A stretch of DNA of 59,759 nucleotides, counting the filler. It is 7 parts of 7 records of this genome, joined end to end, with 100 filler letters (N's around TTAATTAATTAA, not from the genome) between each part and the next. Parts side by side here need not be neighbours in the genome. Positions count along the whole stretch, not along the records: positions 20,693 to 26,121 come from SRR31147125_48921; positions 26,222 to 32,924 come from SRR31147125_48966; 5 more parts are not named here. One strand, 5' to 3'. The notes beneath the pieces are model-generated. The model made no database searches and was not told where the DNA came from. It saw only the letters and a list, made by a program, of their open reading frames with translations. Below, piece by piece: positions 20,693 to 30,437 of the stretch (position 1 is its first letter; each line of letters starts with the position of its first letter). A program made the position numbers and the translations under genes.

Positions 20693-21304
20693 AATATTAC
20701 GCATCATTTCTTTATAACTAACTCCCGTAGAAACACGCTCTGTTTCTGGAATTTTTTGTCCGAAAAACAAGAATGCATAAATCGCCAGAGGAATAAATAA
20801 CAAGCCAACCAATACTTGCCATGGTAGATTCAAGGAATCCATAACAAGGGCAGCCAACAAACTTCCAATTACAATTCCACCGGGGAACCAAACATGGAAA
20901 CGGTTTAGCATTTTTGTTTTCTTATCGGGGAAAAGTGTTGCAACAAGCGGATTACATGCTGCCTCGACACTACCATTACCAAGGCCGACAAACACGTTTG
21001 CGATAAACAGTGAAGTGTAATCTTTTGCCATTAACAGCAAAACGATACCTACGAGGTGTAAGCTAAATGCCATCCAAACAATAGTTTTGGTTTTTACCAG
21101 GTCGATAAAATAACCGCCGGCAAACATAGCAACGGCAAATCCCCAGAATGCAGGGCCAAAAGCGCGCCCAACTTCTTCTTTTGTCAAACCATATTCAACG
21201 GTAAAAACACCTTCAATTTTTGCACGAATAGCAAAAGTGATGGCCGTTACAAGTAACGCCAAACAAGCGGCTACAAAAAGTCGTTTTTGATTTATTTCTT
21301 TCAT
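20693..21304 (-). CDS. MFS sugar permease, 3' truncated at contig edge
   Basis: Hydrophobic. RLFVAACLALLVTAITFAIR, GLGNGSVEAACNPLVATLFP, LNRFHVWFPGG. Confidence 0.85.
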
Positions 21305-21362
21305 ATTCTAAATTGGTTTAGTAGAGACAGGTTTAATATGCACCCAAGTCTCAGATTTATAA

Positions 21363-22079
21363 TTAATATTTATTTGATTTACTTAAATAACTAATCGCCT
21401 GAAATAACAATTTCCGGTAATTTATATCTTCATATGTATTCTTATCGTGTCCGGGCTGGAGATAAATTATACGCGAATTTTTGTATTTATTTTCCCAGGC
21501 AATAAACTCCATACTTTTAGCATGATTTGTTCTAATTAATGGAATAACCTGTTCCGAAATCCGGACATTTCCATAAATCTCATCGAATAAACGGAAGTCC
21601 TTTAAACTTTTGGTTACAGGCGTTTTCTTTATCACTTCATACTGTACCCACACATCGTGCTTATAATTCGACCATTCAGAGCTGTCAATATGCTCTTGCT
21701 TTTCCACATATTTCCCACCAATAATATTTTCAAATTCTGCCCAATTCTGGTACGATGCTAACGAATGATGTAAAAACAAAAACGGTTTGCCTTGCTGCGC
21801 TAAATCTAAATAAGCCGACTTTTCTTCCTCCGAAATAGTCTTCCACATATCGTAGAATACAAGAACATCAAAATTGGTTGCCACCCCTTCTGCAATGTTT
21901 TGATTGGCTTGAGGTTGTTCAAAATGCTCGTATTCTATTCCTTCTAAAGCATCGAACATCTGAAAAAACTGGATTGTATCAAAACTATGACCACCGGTAA
22001 CAAGCATTACTTTAATGGGTTGAGCTTGCAAAACGGCAAATAAAAAGCACGTTATCGGCAATAAAAAAAGCTTCTTCAT
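21363..22079 (-). CDS. ThuA-domain (trehalose utilisation / class I GATase-like) secreted protein
   Basis: Signal peptide. VMLVTGGHSF, FDVLVFYD, LHHS, DEIY, YLQPGHD. Confidence 0.8.
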   Translation of the reverse strand: MKKLFLLPITCFLFAVLQAQPIKVMLVTGGHSFDTIQFFQMFDALEGIEYEHFEQPQANQNIAEGVATNFDVLVFYDMWKTISEEEKSAYLDLAQQGKPFLFLHHSLASYQNWAEFENIIGGKYVEKQEHIDSSEWSNYKHDVWVQYEVIKKTPVTKSLKDFRLFDEIYGNVRISEQVIPLIRTNHAKSMEFIAWENKYKNSRIIYLQPGHDKNTYEDINYRKLLFQAISYLSKSNKY

Positions 22080-22294
22080 TTTGGTTCAGTTTAATTGAAT
22101 TGATTAGCAACAAATATTAACTGTCCTGTTCTGGTCAATTCTGCTCATAAATTTAATACTTTCAGTACTACAATTCCAAATTCTATTATTAATTCCGTCA
22201 CTTTTTTTGAATAATAACTGAAAAAGCGGTTAATTGCTTCAACCGAATGATTATTTGATTTATTTTTGACTTATAACTTTTTGAAAATCCAACC

Positions 22295-23539
22295 ATGAAA
22301 CAATTTTTAGCTTACTTCATTTTCCTTTCTATTCTGATTATTCCGTTTACTGCTTGCAACATTTTTGATGACGATGAAGCTCCTGCAGAAGAGAGTATTT
22401 ATTTTGTTAAAGAACAAAAAATAACTACTTACACCCAGACAACCATTCGAGCATTGCTAACCATTGCCACAGGTACATACCCCGATTTGGCTGATGTTGG
22501 CGACGATGTAGTTTCGGATGTTGATGTTTACAAAATTGTTTATAATACCACTTTCAATGGTGAAACAGTACAAGCTTCCGGATTGGTTTGCATTCCGACA
22601 GAAGCCGGCGAGTACCCTGTTTTAAGCTACCAAAATGGAACCAATACTTTACACAGTGATGCGCCTACTGAAGCTCCAAACAGCCAGTTGTTCCAGTTAT
22701 TGGAAATGATGGCCTCTACCGGATTTATCATTTCGCTTCCTGACTACCTTGGATTTGGAGAATCTGACGATATGTTCCATCCTTATCTGCACGCAGAATC
22801 TACGGTTCAAACAGTAACCGATATGCTTCGAGCCATTAAAGAAATGATGAATTCGAGAGATGAAGTTACCTTTAACGACGATGTTTATGTTGCCGGTTAT
22901 TCTCAGGGAGGATGGGCAACTTTGCAGTTGCAAAAGGCGCTTGAAACAGAATATTCCAATGAATTCAATATAAAAGCAAGTGCTTGTGGAGCCGGGCCTC
23001 ACGATTTAACAGCCATAAACAACTATGTTTTGGAAGAGACTGAGTATCCAATGCCATACTTTTTAGGCTATCTTTTTAACAGTTTCATGAACCTGGGAAT
23101 GACGACTGATATTAGCGATGTTTTCCAGGCTCCTTATGATTATCTCATTCCAACGTTATACGACGGTTCAATGTCGGGTAGCGAAATAAACGACCAATTA
23201 ACCACCGCTGTTGCAGATTTATTTACTACCGGATATATCAACAGCTGGAATTCGGATGATAAATATTCTTCGGTTGTTAATCTTTTAGATGAGAACAGTA
23301 TTTCGGCTTATAACACTACTACGCCAACACTAATATTACACGGAACAGCCGACGAATTCGTTCCAACTTTTGTATCGGAAGACCTATACAATGATTTTAT
23401 GACCTTGGGTGTTAGTTCAGACCTGGTTACTTATATACCTCTCGTAGGCCATACACATACTTCAGGAATTGTTCCATCGGGTTTGGCATCTATTCTTTGG
23501 TTTATCGAATTGGAAGAACCGCCCTTCCCAACAATATAA
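22295..23539 (+). CDS. Secretory-lipase-family alpha/beta hydrolase lipoprotein
   Basis: Lipobox PFTAC. SGLVCIP, YQNGT, PDYLGFG, nucleophile elbow GYSQG, HGTADEFVP, C-terminal His (GHTH). Confidence 0.85.
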   Translation: MKQFLAYFIFLSILIIPFTACNIFDDDEAPAEESIYFVKEQKITTYTQTTIRALLTIATGTYPDLADVGDDVVSDVDVYKIVYNTTFNGETVQASGLVCIPTEAGEYPVLSYQNGTNTLHSDAPTEAPNSQLFQLLEMMASTGFIISLPDYLGFGESDDMFHPYLHAESTVQTVTDMLRAIKEMMNSRDEVTFNDDVYVAGYSQGGWATLQLQKALETEYSNEFNIKASACGAGPHDLTAINNYVLEETEYPMPYFLGYLFNSFMNLGMTTDISDVFQAPYDYLIPTLYDGSMSGSEINDQLTTAVADLFTTGYINSWNSDDKYSSVVNLLDENSISAYNTTTPTLILHGTADEFVPTFVSEDLYNDFMTLGVSSDLVTYIPLVGHTHTSGIVPSGLASILWFIELEEPPFPTI

Positions 23540-23619
23540 CAACCCGAGTTCGATTTTTGAAAAGAGCTTTAAATTATTTTGAATATCCATTCTCATGAAA
23601 TATTCGAAGTAAAACGTAA

Positions 23620-25239
23620 TTATTTTATTCCTTCAGGTTTTGGAAATTCGCGCATTGGGCTGTACCTAATATAAGAATCGAATATTTCTTTGTCAGGTCC
23701 TACAATGCGCGGGTCTTCCGACCGCGTAAGTTCATCTAGCAGGTTGGTTTTCATGGTTTGCTCTATTACAGCATACGATGCATTTCCAATTAAATTTGTA
23801 AAGCATTCCGGATCTGTTTTAATATCGTACAGTTCAAACTCAGGCCTTTTACCAACTGCTTTTTCAAAATATTTCTGAATTTCTGCATCCTCACTGTTTT
23901 CAACTAAGAACGATTTTGAAGGACAACCGTCAATATCGGTAAAAGCCCAGTCGGGATGATGCACTCCCGATTCGTCGACTCCATTCATTGGCCAGAGTTC
24001 ATTTTCAGTTCCTTTTACAATGCGTTGAGGAGCACCGGCAGGCCAACGTTCCGGTTTCATATTCCAAACTAACAAATATTGTTCGCAACGAATGGAGCGC
24101 ACCGGGTAGCCCCAATTTTTATAACGCGAACTGGAGTGACGCTCGCGGCCAGAATAAACAAACTTTTTTTGTTTATCAACTATTCCCTGTTTTTTTGATT
24201 TTAAGGTTTCTAAAATACTTTTCCCGGAGATGGGCATCATTCCCTCAGAGCTAATACCGGTAATTTCAAGAATAGTTGGAGCAATATCGGCAAAACTTGT
24301 TGGGTCGTTAACAGTTCTGTTTCCCGGAAATTCTTTCGGATAACGCACCGTAAAAGGCACATGAATTCCGTATTCGTAACCATTTGCTTTTGCTCGCGGA
24401 AATGCCATCCCATTATCAGAAGTTACAATTACGATGGTATTTTCAAGCTCACCTTTTTCGTCGAGAAACTCTAGCATTCGTTGCAGATGTAAATCGAACC
24501 ATTCTATTTCGATGGCATAATCGAGCAAATCGCCTTGAATAATTTCTTGCTCAGGTAGAAATTTCGGGACATTTACATTTTCAATTTTCTTATCTGAACG
24601 TTTCCACGAATCTTTCTCGAAACTTCGGTGTGGTTCTCTGGCTCCGTACCAAAAAAAGAATGGTTTATCATTTCTAACTTTCTCCATAAAATACTTAAAC
24701 TCGGCAAAATAATTTGTGGCACAAATTCCTTTTGCCGGCCTTTCATCAGCTTCTGTTCCAGCTTCATATTGCAAATTACAATGCGTTGGACCTGCAGCAT
24801 CGATTTTTCGCCAAAGCGAATCGGCATCAGATTTTGCATACGTAAAAGGAGCAACACCTTTTCCCGTTCTTCCTGTGGCATATCCGTTTTCCGCCAACAA
24901 ATCAATAAAAGGCACATATTTTTTCATCCACGACGAAGCATGTTGCCCCGACTGCTCGTTTTGCCAGTGATAACGCCCTGTTACTATAGTACTGCGTGAG
25001 GGAGCACAACCCGGCGAGCCTGCCATACAATTCGAAAAATAAACACCTTCGGAAGCTACCCTGTCGAATGCCGGTGTGTTAATAAAACCACAGCCGGCAA
25101 AACTTGTGTGGGCAAACGACTGGTCATCGGAAATGGCAAATAATATATTAGGTTGCTTTTGTTTGCTTTCTTTTTGGCAAGAGGAAAAACTAAAAACAAT
25201 TAGAATTAAAATTAAGAAAAGGAATACAATTCGGTTCAT
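23620..25239 (-). CDS. Cys-type formylglycine sulfatase (lipoprotein)
   Basis: Lipobox FSSC. PNILFAISDD, CAPSR (CxPxR), GYATGRTGK, PHR, TSDNG, FELYD. Confidence 0.92.
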   Translation of the reverse strand: MNRIVFLFLILILIVFSFSSCQKESKQKQPNILFAISDDQSFAHTSFAGCGFINTPAFDRVASEGVYFSNCMAGSPGCAPSRSTIVTGRYHWQNEQSGQHASSWMKKYVPFIDLLAENGYATGRTGKGVAPFTYAKSDADSLWRKIDAAGPTHCNLQYEAGTEADERPAKGICATNYFAEFKYFMEKVRNDKPFFFWYGAREPHRSFEKDSWKRSDKKIENVNVPKFLPEQEIIQGDLLDYAIEIEWFDLHLQRMLEFLDEKGELENTIVIVTSDNGMAFPRAKANGYEYGIHVPFTVRYPKEFPGNRTVNDPTSFADIAPTILEITGISSEGMMPISGKSILETLKSKKQGIVDKQKKFVYSGRERHSSSRYKNWGYPVRSIRCEQYLLVWNMKPERWPAGAPQRIVKGTENELWPMNGVDESGVHHPDWAFTDIDGCPSKSFLVENSEDAEIQKYFEKAVGKRPEFELYDIKTDPECFTNLIGNASYAVIEQTMKTNLLDELTRSEDPRIVGPDKEIFDSYIRYSPMREFPKPEGIK

Positions 25240-25258
25240 GGTTGTTGATTTAGGAAAC

Positions 25259-25266
25259 CAAAATTA
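25259..25266 (-). promoter_or_regulatory. Candidate Bacteroidota -7 promoter element (TAnnTTTG) for the sulfatase
   Basis: TAATTTTG on the minus strand about 20 nt upstream of the sulfatase ATG. No well-spaced -33 TTTG was found. Confidence 0.35.
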
Positions 25267-25282
25267 GCAAGAATCTGCATTC

Positions 25283-25318
25283 AAAAAAATAAAAAAGGGA
25301 TTTCAAACTGAAATCCCT
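25283..25318 (-). terminator. Rho-independent terminator downstream of the XylF-like gene
   Basis: Perfect stem AGGGATTTC / GAAATCCCT with a 5-nt loop, followed on the minus strand by T-rich runs. Confidence 0.8.
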
Positions 25319-25338
25319 CTCATTAACGATAAACAATG

Positions 25339-26121
25339 CTATTTAAAAACCTCCTCTTCAGTTTGATATCCTTCAGATATTACTGTCAATTTCAAGTTTT
25401 CGCGGTTTACAATCATTCCATTGTGGAAAACAGTTGGCACAAGCCTTGCTCCGTTACTCACCGTCTGATAGGTATTTTCGAAATCTTTGTTCAAAGCTAA
25501 TTTAACAGCTAAATCGGCTGTTGTTGCAGCGAGTTTTTCATACGGTTTATACACCGTACAAGTTTGGTGCCCGGCAACAATTTCCTGAAGATTGCGTAAA
25601 TCTGCATCCATTCCGGCAAGGAGTACGTCTTCTTCTTTACCGGCTTCGCGCAACGCTTTAATAACACCAAGTGCTATTTCATCGTTGCCTGCAATTATTG
25701 CATCAACAGGAGTTCCCTTTGCTAAAAGGTCTTTGCCATGTTCGTAACCTTCGTCTTCTTCCCAGTCTTCGGTAAACTCATTGTATACAATATTAATATC
25801 ACCCTTCTCAACCAGGGGCTGTAATACATTTCGTTGTCCCAAATAAAGTAACTGGCTGTTATGGTCAGAAATTGCACCACCAATCAGGGCATAATTACCG
25901 GTAGGTTTAATGGTTGTTAAATAAGAAGCCTGCAAAGCTCCAATTTCAACATTATCTGTCGAAACATAATAATCGAGCTTACAATTCTTTATTAACCGGT
26001 CGTACGAAATAACTTTTACTTCTTTTGCATGAGCTTCTTTTACTATATCAGCAGCGGCAAACTGGTGAACAGGAATTACCACTAACACATCAACACCGTT
26101 GGCGAGCAGTTCTTTTGCCTG
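25339..26121 (-). CDS. XylF-like periplasmic sugar-binding protein, 5' truncated
   Basis: NGVDVLVVIP, KVISYDRLI, YVSTDNVEIG, IIAGNDEIALG, GMDAD, QTCTVYKP: type I binding protein, XylF/ChvE-like. Confidence 0.85.
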   Translation of the reverse strand, partial: QAKELLANGVDVLVVIPVHQFAAADIVKEAHAKEVKVISYDRLIKNCKLDYYVSTDNVEIGALQASYLTTIKPTGNYALIGGAISDHNSQLLYLGQRNVLQPLVEKGDINIVYNEFTEDWEEDEGYEHGKDLLAKGTPVDAIIAGNDEIALGVIKALREAGKEEDVLLAGMDADLRNLQEIVAGHQTCTVYKPYEKLAATTADLAVKLALNKDFENTYQTVSNGARLVPTVFHNGMIVNRENLKLTVISEGYQTEEEVFK

Positions 26122-26221
26122 NNNNNNNNNNNNNNNNNNNNNNNNNNNNNNNNNNNNNNNNNNNNTTAATTAATTAANNNNNNNNNNNNNNNNNNNNNNN
26201 NNNNNNNNNNNNNNNNNNNNN
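26122..26221. other. Artificial contig spacer
   Basis: 44 N + TTAATTAATTAA + 44 N. Confidence 0.99.
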
Positions 26222-26223
26222 AA

Positions 26224-26244
26224 ACCACCAGTTGAACTGGTGGT
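26224..26244. repeat. Perfect palindrome at contig start (possible IS200/IS605-type end hairpin or REP-like repeat)
   Basis: ACCACCAGTT-G-AACTGGTGGT, located exactly at an assembly break. Confidence 0.45.
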
Positions 26245-26396
26245 CATGATTGTCACTATTTAATGTGAGGGGGTTAAGGTGCCCGGCTTACGACCATATT
26301 AGTCATCAAATATACAAAAATTCTATAATTGCACTTTATTTTTTTGTCAAAATCGTTTATAATGTGTTTAATTTGCTGATAAAATAAGGTCTTGTT

Positions 26397-27320
26397 TTAT
26401 TGCTCAAGACGATCGGGATGCTCCGGCACCATATCCAGGAAATTCTTGGCTTCTGCTGTCAGCTGTCCCGTACGCCAGGCTACGACAATATAAGCCGGCC
26501 GCAGCTGAGGTACCGGAAAATACTTTATAATCTCACTGTCCAGACCGACGTTGATGTATTTACCGGTAAAGCTGAAGCCCTTACCCTGTTTAACGACGTG
26601 TAACAGGGAATGGAAATTGGGGCGGAATTCAATTTCCTTCGGCTTGAACCCGAGCAGGCTGCAGTTGCTCATCAGATTTTCAGTATCCATCAGCTCGTTA
26701 CTGAGTGTGGGGATTGAATACAGGGTTTCGTTGCTCAGCGCACTAAAATCAAGCTCGTCCGTCTGGGCGAGAGGATGATCCGCTGATAGGGCGATACACA
26801 GTTCAAATTTTGAGACACGCTTCATGGATATATTGGGTATATACCGAATGACGAAATCCTGCGTTAAAGCTAAATCGGCGCTGCCGTACTCCAAAGACTG
26901 GCGAAGCACTTTAAAATCATACAGCGATTCATTAAGAGCGACGTCGGGGTACATGTTTTGAAAATTTACAATAGCTTTTTTTAGCGGATTGAAATCCTCA
27001 GAATATTCATAAGAATTTGATTCAATAATCCGCAGTTGCTTTTTGGTGGAAGATGAGCTGTATTGAACGGATTTGATGCTCCGATCCATGGCGTCATACA
27101 GTGGGTCTAAAGCCGCAAACAGAGACCGGCCGTCAGCGGTCAGCTCCATGCCCTGCTTGCTTCTTATAAAAAGCTGCATGCCGACGCCTTCTTCAAATCT
27201 TTTAATGGTTTTGCTGAGTGCCGGCTCGGAAGTAAACAGGTCTTTAGCCGCTTTCGTCAGATTTTTATTTTTGGCAATGGACAGAAATGATTCTATCTGT
27301 TGAAAAGTGATATTAAACAT
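26397..27320 (-). CDS. LysR family transcriptional regulator
   Basis: N-terminal HTH NLTKAAKDLFTSEPALSKTIKRFEEGVGMQLFIRSKQGMELTADG. 307 aa, divergent from the ABC operon. Confidence 0.92.
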   Translation of the reverse strand: MFNITFQQIESFLSIAKNKNLTKAAKDLFTSEPALSKTIKRFEEGVGMQLFIRSKQGMELTADGRSLFAALDPLYDAMDRSIKSVQYSSSSTKKQLRIIESNSYEYSEDFNPLKKAIVNFQNMYPDVALNESLYDFKVLRQSLEYGSADLALTQDFVIRYIPNISMKRVSKFELCIALSADHPLAQTDELDFSALSNETLYSIPTLSNELMDTENLMSNCSLLGFKPKEIEFRPNFHSLLHVVKQGKGFSFTGKYINVGLDSEIIKYFPVPQLRPAYIVVAWRTGQLTAEAKNFLDMVPEHPDRLEQ

Positions 27321-27610
27321 GTTTCAAATTCCTTTTTTGTGTCTGAAGACGTTACTTAATATTATAAAGTCATTCAAACTGAGTCGACATGCAATAACAT
27401 CGTTGATCATGACGTTTGGGTTATCATAACACGTTATTTGTTATTATGCAACGCACGGATTTTATATTATAAATATGGATAGTTGTATGTTTTTCGGCAG
27501 TGCGATTGTTTAAATGTCACAAAAATATATGTACTGATTATGACAAGATGCTATTTCGAATGCTTATTTTCGACAAAAAGCGTAAATGATTGTAAAATTC
27601 GTATTGCTAG

Positions 27611-27639
27611 TTTACTATCGGTTTGATGCGTGATATATT
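27611..27639 (+). promoter_or_regulatory. Candidate sigma-A promoter for the ABC operon
   Basis: TTTACT-17 nt-TATATT with an extended -10 TG (TGaTATATT). Confidence 0.4.
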
Positions 27640-27819
27640 GGAAACGTCAAAAGTATGTATGCCGATCAGACAATTGTTTGTACATATTGCTTGAGAAATC
27701 TGGCTTGAACTCAGACTGTATCGGTCAATCAAAACCGCTTAAAAATAAAAATCTAGCGGACGGCAGCGTAAAAATCAGTGAATGCTGATTTTATAAAGAC
27801 TAAAAGCGGAGGTGTTAAG

Positions 27820-29312
27820 ATGGAACAATACCTGGAATTTGAAGGAATTGGCAAAGCTTTTCCGGGTGTGCAGGCGCTCAAAGATATCAGCTTTAGAGTA
27901 AAAAGCGGACAGATCATGGCGCTTGTTGGTGAAAACGGTGCAGGTAAAAGTACACTCTTAAAGATACTAAGCGGTGATCTGCGGCCGGACGAGGGACATC
28001 TGGTACTTAACGGAGAAAAATTGTCTTTTGAGGACCCCTACGACTCAATCAAGACAGGAATCAGCGTTATTTATCAGGAGCGTCAGCTGATACCCTCGAT
28101 GACCGTTATGGAGAATATATTTCTCGGCGCACTGCCTGTCACGAAGCTCAAGCAGCTGGACAAAAAACGTCTGAGACAGAATGCTCAGGAGATCATTGAC
28201 AAATTCGGCCTGCCGATCGACCCCACAATTACAGTCGGCAAGCTGCCGGTGGCATACCAGCAGATGGTCGAAATCATGAAAGCCTATCAGCGCGATTCGA
28301 TGGTTATTGCCTTTGACGAACCGACAGCGCCGCTGACGGATTCGGAAATCACAATCCTATTCGAACTGATTAAAAAATTGAAGGAAGCCGGAAAGATCAT
28401 TTTATATGTGTCACACCGTATGAATGAGATATTCCAGGTGACCGATGAAATCGTCGTTTTGAAGGACGGCCGGTTGGTAAAAGAATTTAATACCGCTGAG
28501 ACGAACGAAAAAGACCTGATCAAAGCGATGGTTGGACGCGATATCGGTGATACATACGCAAACTTAAAACGCAATGACAAATTTGGCGACGTTCTTTTGG
28601 AAGTCAACAACCTTGTGACGGATGTTGTCAAGGACATCAGCTTCAAGCTTCATAGCGGCGAGGTTGTCGGTTTCGCGGGACTCGTCGGAGCCGGACGTAC
28701 CGAAGTGGCCCGGGCTATATTTGGTGCTGATGCGATCATTTCAGGCGAAATCAAGCTGAGCGGTCAAACGGTGAATTTTGGTTCGCCGAAGGATGCTATT
28801 GAGGCCGGTATTGCGCTATGTCCGGAGGACCGTAAGGAACAGGGCTTGGTTCTGTGGCGGTCTATAAAAGACAATATATGCATGCCGGTTCTAAGCAAAC
28901 TGAAAAAGGCCTGTTCCTGGACCCGAAGGCCAGGGAAGAGCTTGCTAACAAAGCCGTTGAGCAGTATTCCATTAAAACACCGACAATCGAGAAAACGGTT
29001 GTGGAGCTTTCCGGCGGTAATCAGCAGAAAGTTATCCTCGGAAGATGGACATCTGAAAAAGTCATTACGAAGATATTGATATTGGACGAACCGACGAAGG
29101 GTATCGACGTTGGGACAAAGGCGGAGATCTACCAGATGGTCTGTGACTTTGCCAAGCAGGGAATCGGCGTGATCTTCATTTCCTCGGAACTCACTGAGGT
29201 TATAAACGTAGCCGATACAATCATCGTTATGCACAACGGCCACATAACAGGTCAGGTTAAAAGAGAAGAGGCCACAGAGGAGAACGTCCTGGCGCTTGCA
29301 ATGCTCGATTAA
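27820..29312 (+). CDS. Sugar ABC transporter ATP-binding protein (AraG/RbsA-like, two NBDs), frameshifted at the A-run near 28905
   Basis: RBS GGAGGT then MEQYLEFEGIGKAFPGVQAL. GENGAGKS, AFDEPT, PEDRKEQGL. The second frame continues LSGGNQQK, ILDEPTKGIDVG, ISSEL. Confidence 0.92.
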
Positions 29313-29326
29313 GGAGAGGTAATATC

Positions 29327-30328
29327 ATGGGAAGTGAAAAAGGAGCAAAAAAGTTTTTTAAATCTAAGCTATTCTCACTGATCATACTGCTGGCGGCTAT
29401 AGCTGTTATTTTTACGGTATGGGCGGCCCTGGTCGGTGAACAATACGCTACAATCAATACGATCCTTTCGATAGGCGATCTTATGATCGTTACATCGTTT
29501 CTGGCTATCGGCGCCGGTATGCTGATGGTTTCCGGTAATCTGGACCTGTCTTCGGCCGCCATCGGCGCGTTTGCCTGTGTCCTGATGGCTGCGTGCCTCA
29601 AATATTGGGCAGTTCCAACAGGCGTGGCCATTATCCTGGCGCTGATCGGTGCCGTCGTCTTTGGTATCATAAACGCGGTGCTTGTTAACGAGTTCAACTT
29701 CGCGTCGTTTATCGCAACGATGGCAATGGCGTCGGTTGCCAAAGGCGCGATGCAGTTTGTCAGCGTCAATCCTGATACAGGCAGCCCGACGACGATCAAC
29801 GTCAGCAACGAGGTTACGAAATTTATCGGTACCTATAAAATTGGCGGCGTCATCCCGTTTGCGCTGATCATTGCGCTGATAGCCTTTATCGTATACGGGC
29901 TGATACTGGCAAAATCAAAATTCGGGATGCAGATGTATCTTGTCGGCGGCAACCCGAACGCAGCGCGCCTGTCGGGCATCAATCCCAAAAAGGTCTCCTA
30001 CATACTTTTTGCCAACAGTGGTTTTCTGGGCGGAATTGCAGGCGTGATCTACATGGGCCGCTCCAGCCAGGGCGACCTTAATGCCTTGCAGCTCAACCAG
30101 TTTACAGGACTGACGGCTGCTATCCTCGGCGGTATTTCGTTCGGAGGTGGCTCGGGCAGTATGGCCGGTGTGTTTGTAGGTCTGCTGATCCTAAACGCCT
30201 TTGATTTTGGTACGGTTATTGTACACTTCAGCAGCTATTGGACGACCGTTTTAACAGGTCTATTGCTTCTCGTCGCTTTGACGATGGACTATTACAGTTC
30301 AAAAAGAGCGAAAAAAGCGCTGAGCTAA
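29327..30328 (+). CDS. Sugar ABC transporter permease (RbsC/BPD_transp_2)
   Basis: GNLDLS, SFIATM, GGNPNAARLSGIN, AAILGGISFGGGSG. Confidence 0.92.
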   Translation: MGSEKGAKKFFKSKLFSLIILLAAIAVIFTVWAALVGEQYATINTILSIGDLMIVTSFLAIGAGMLMVSGNLDLSSAAIGAFACVLMAACLKYWAVPTGVAIILALIGAVVFGIINAVLVNEFNFASFIATMAMASVAKGAMQFVSVNPDTGSPTTINVSNEVTKFIGTYKIGGVIPFALIIALIAFIVYGLILAKSKFGMQMYLVGGNPNAARLSGINPKKVSYILFANSGFLGGIAGVIYMGRSSQGDLNALQLNQFTGLTAAILGGISFGGGSGSMAGVFVGLLILNAFDFGTVIVHFSSYWTTVLTGLLLLVALTMDYYSSKRAKKALS

Positions 30329-30437
30329 ATAATCCGCAATGTACATCGGGCGGCGTACCTGGCCTGTCCGATGGGAGAAGCGACAGAAAGAGAGCAACCC
30401 GGCTCTCAGAATTCTCGATAAAGGAGAGGTAATACCT

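Noticed and set aside
8886-25239. Sulfotransferase locus and sulfatase as one sulfation/desulfation system
   Set aside because: They are on different contigs separated by an artificial spacer, so no linkage can be inferred.
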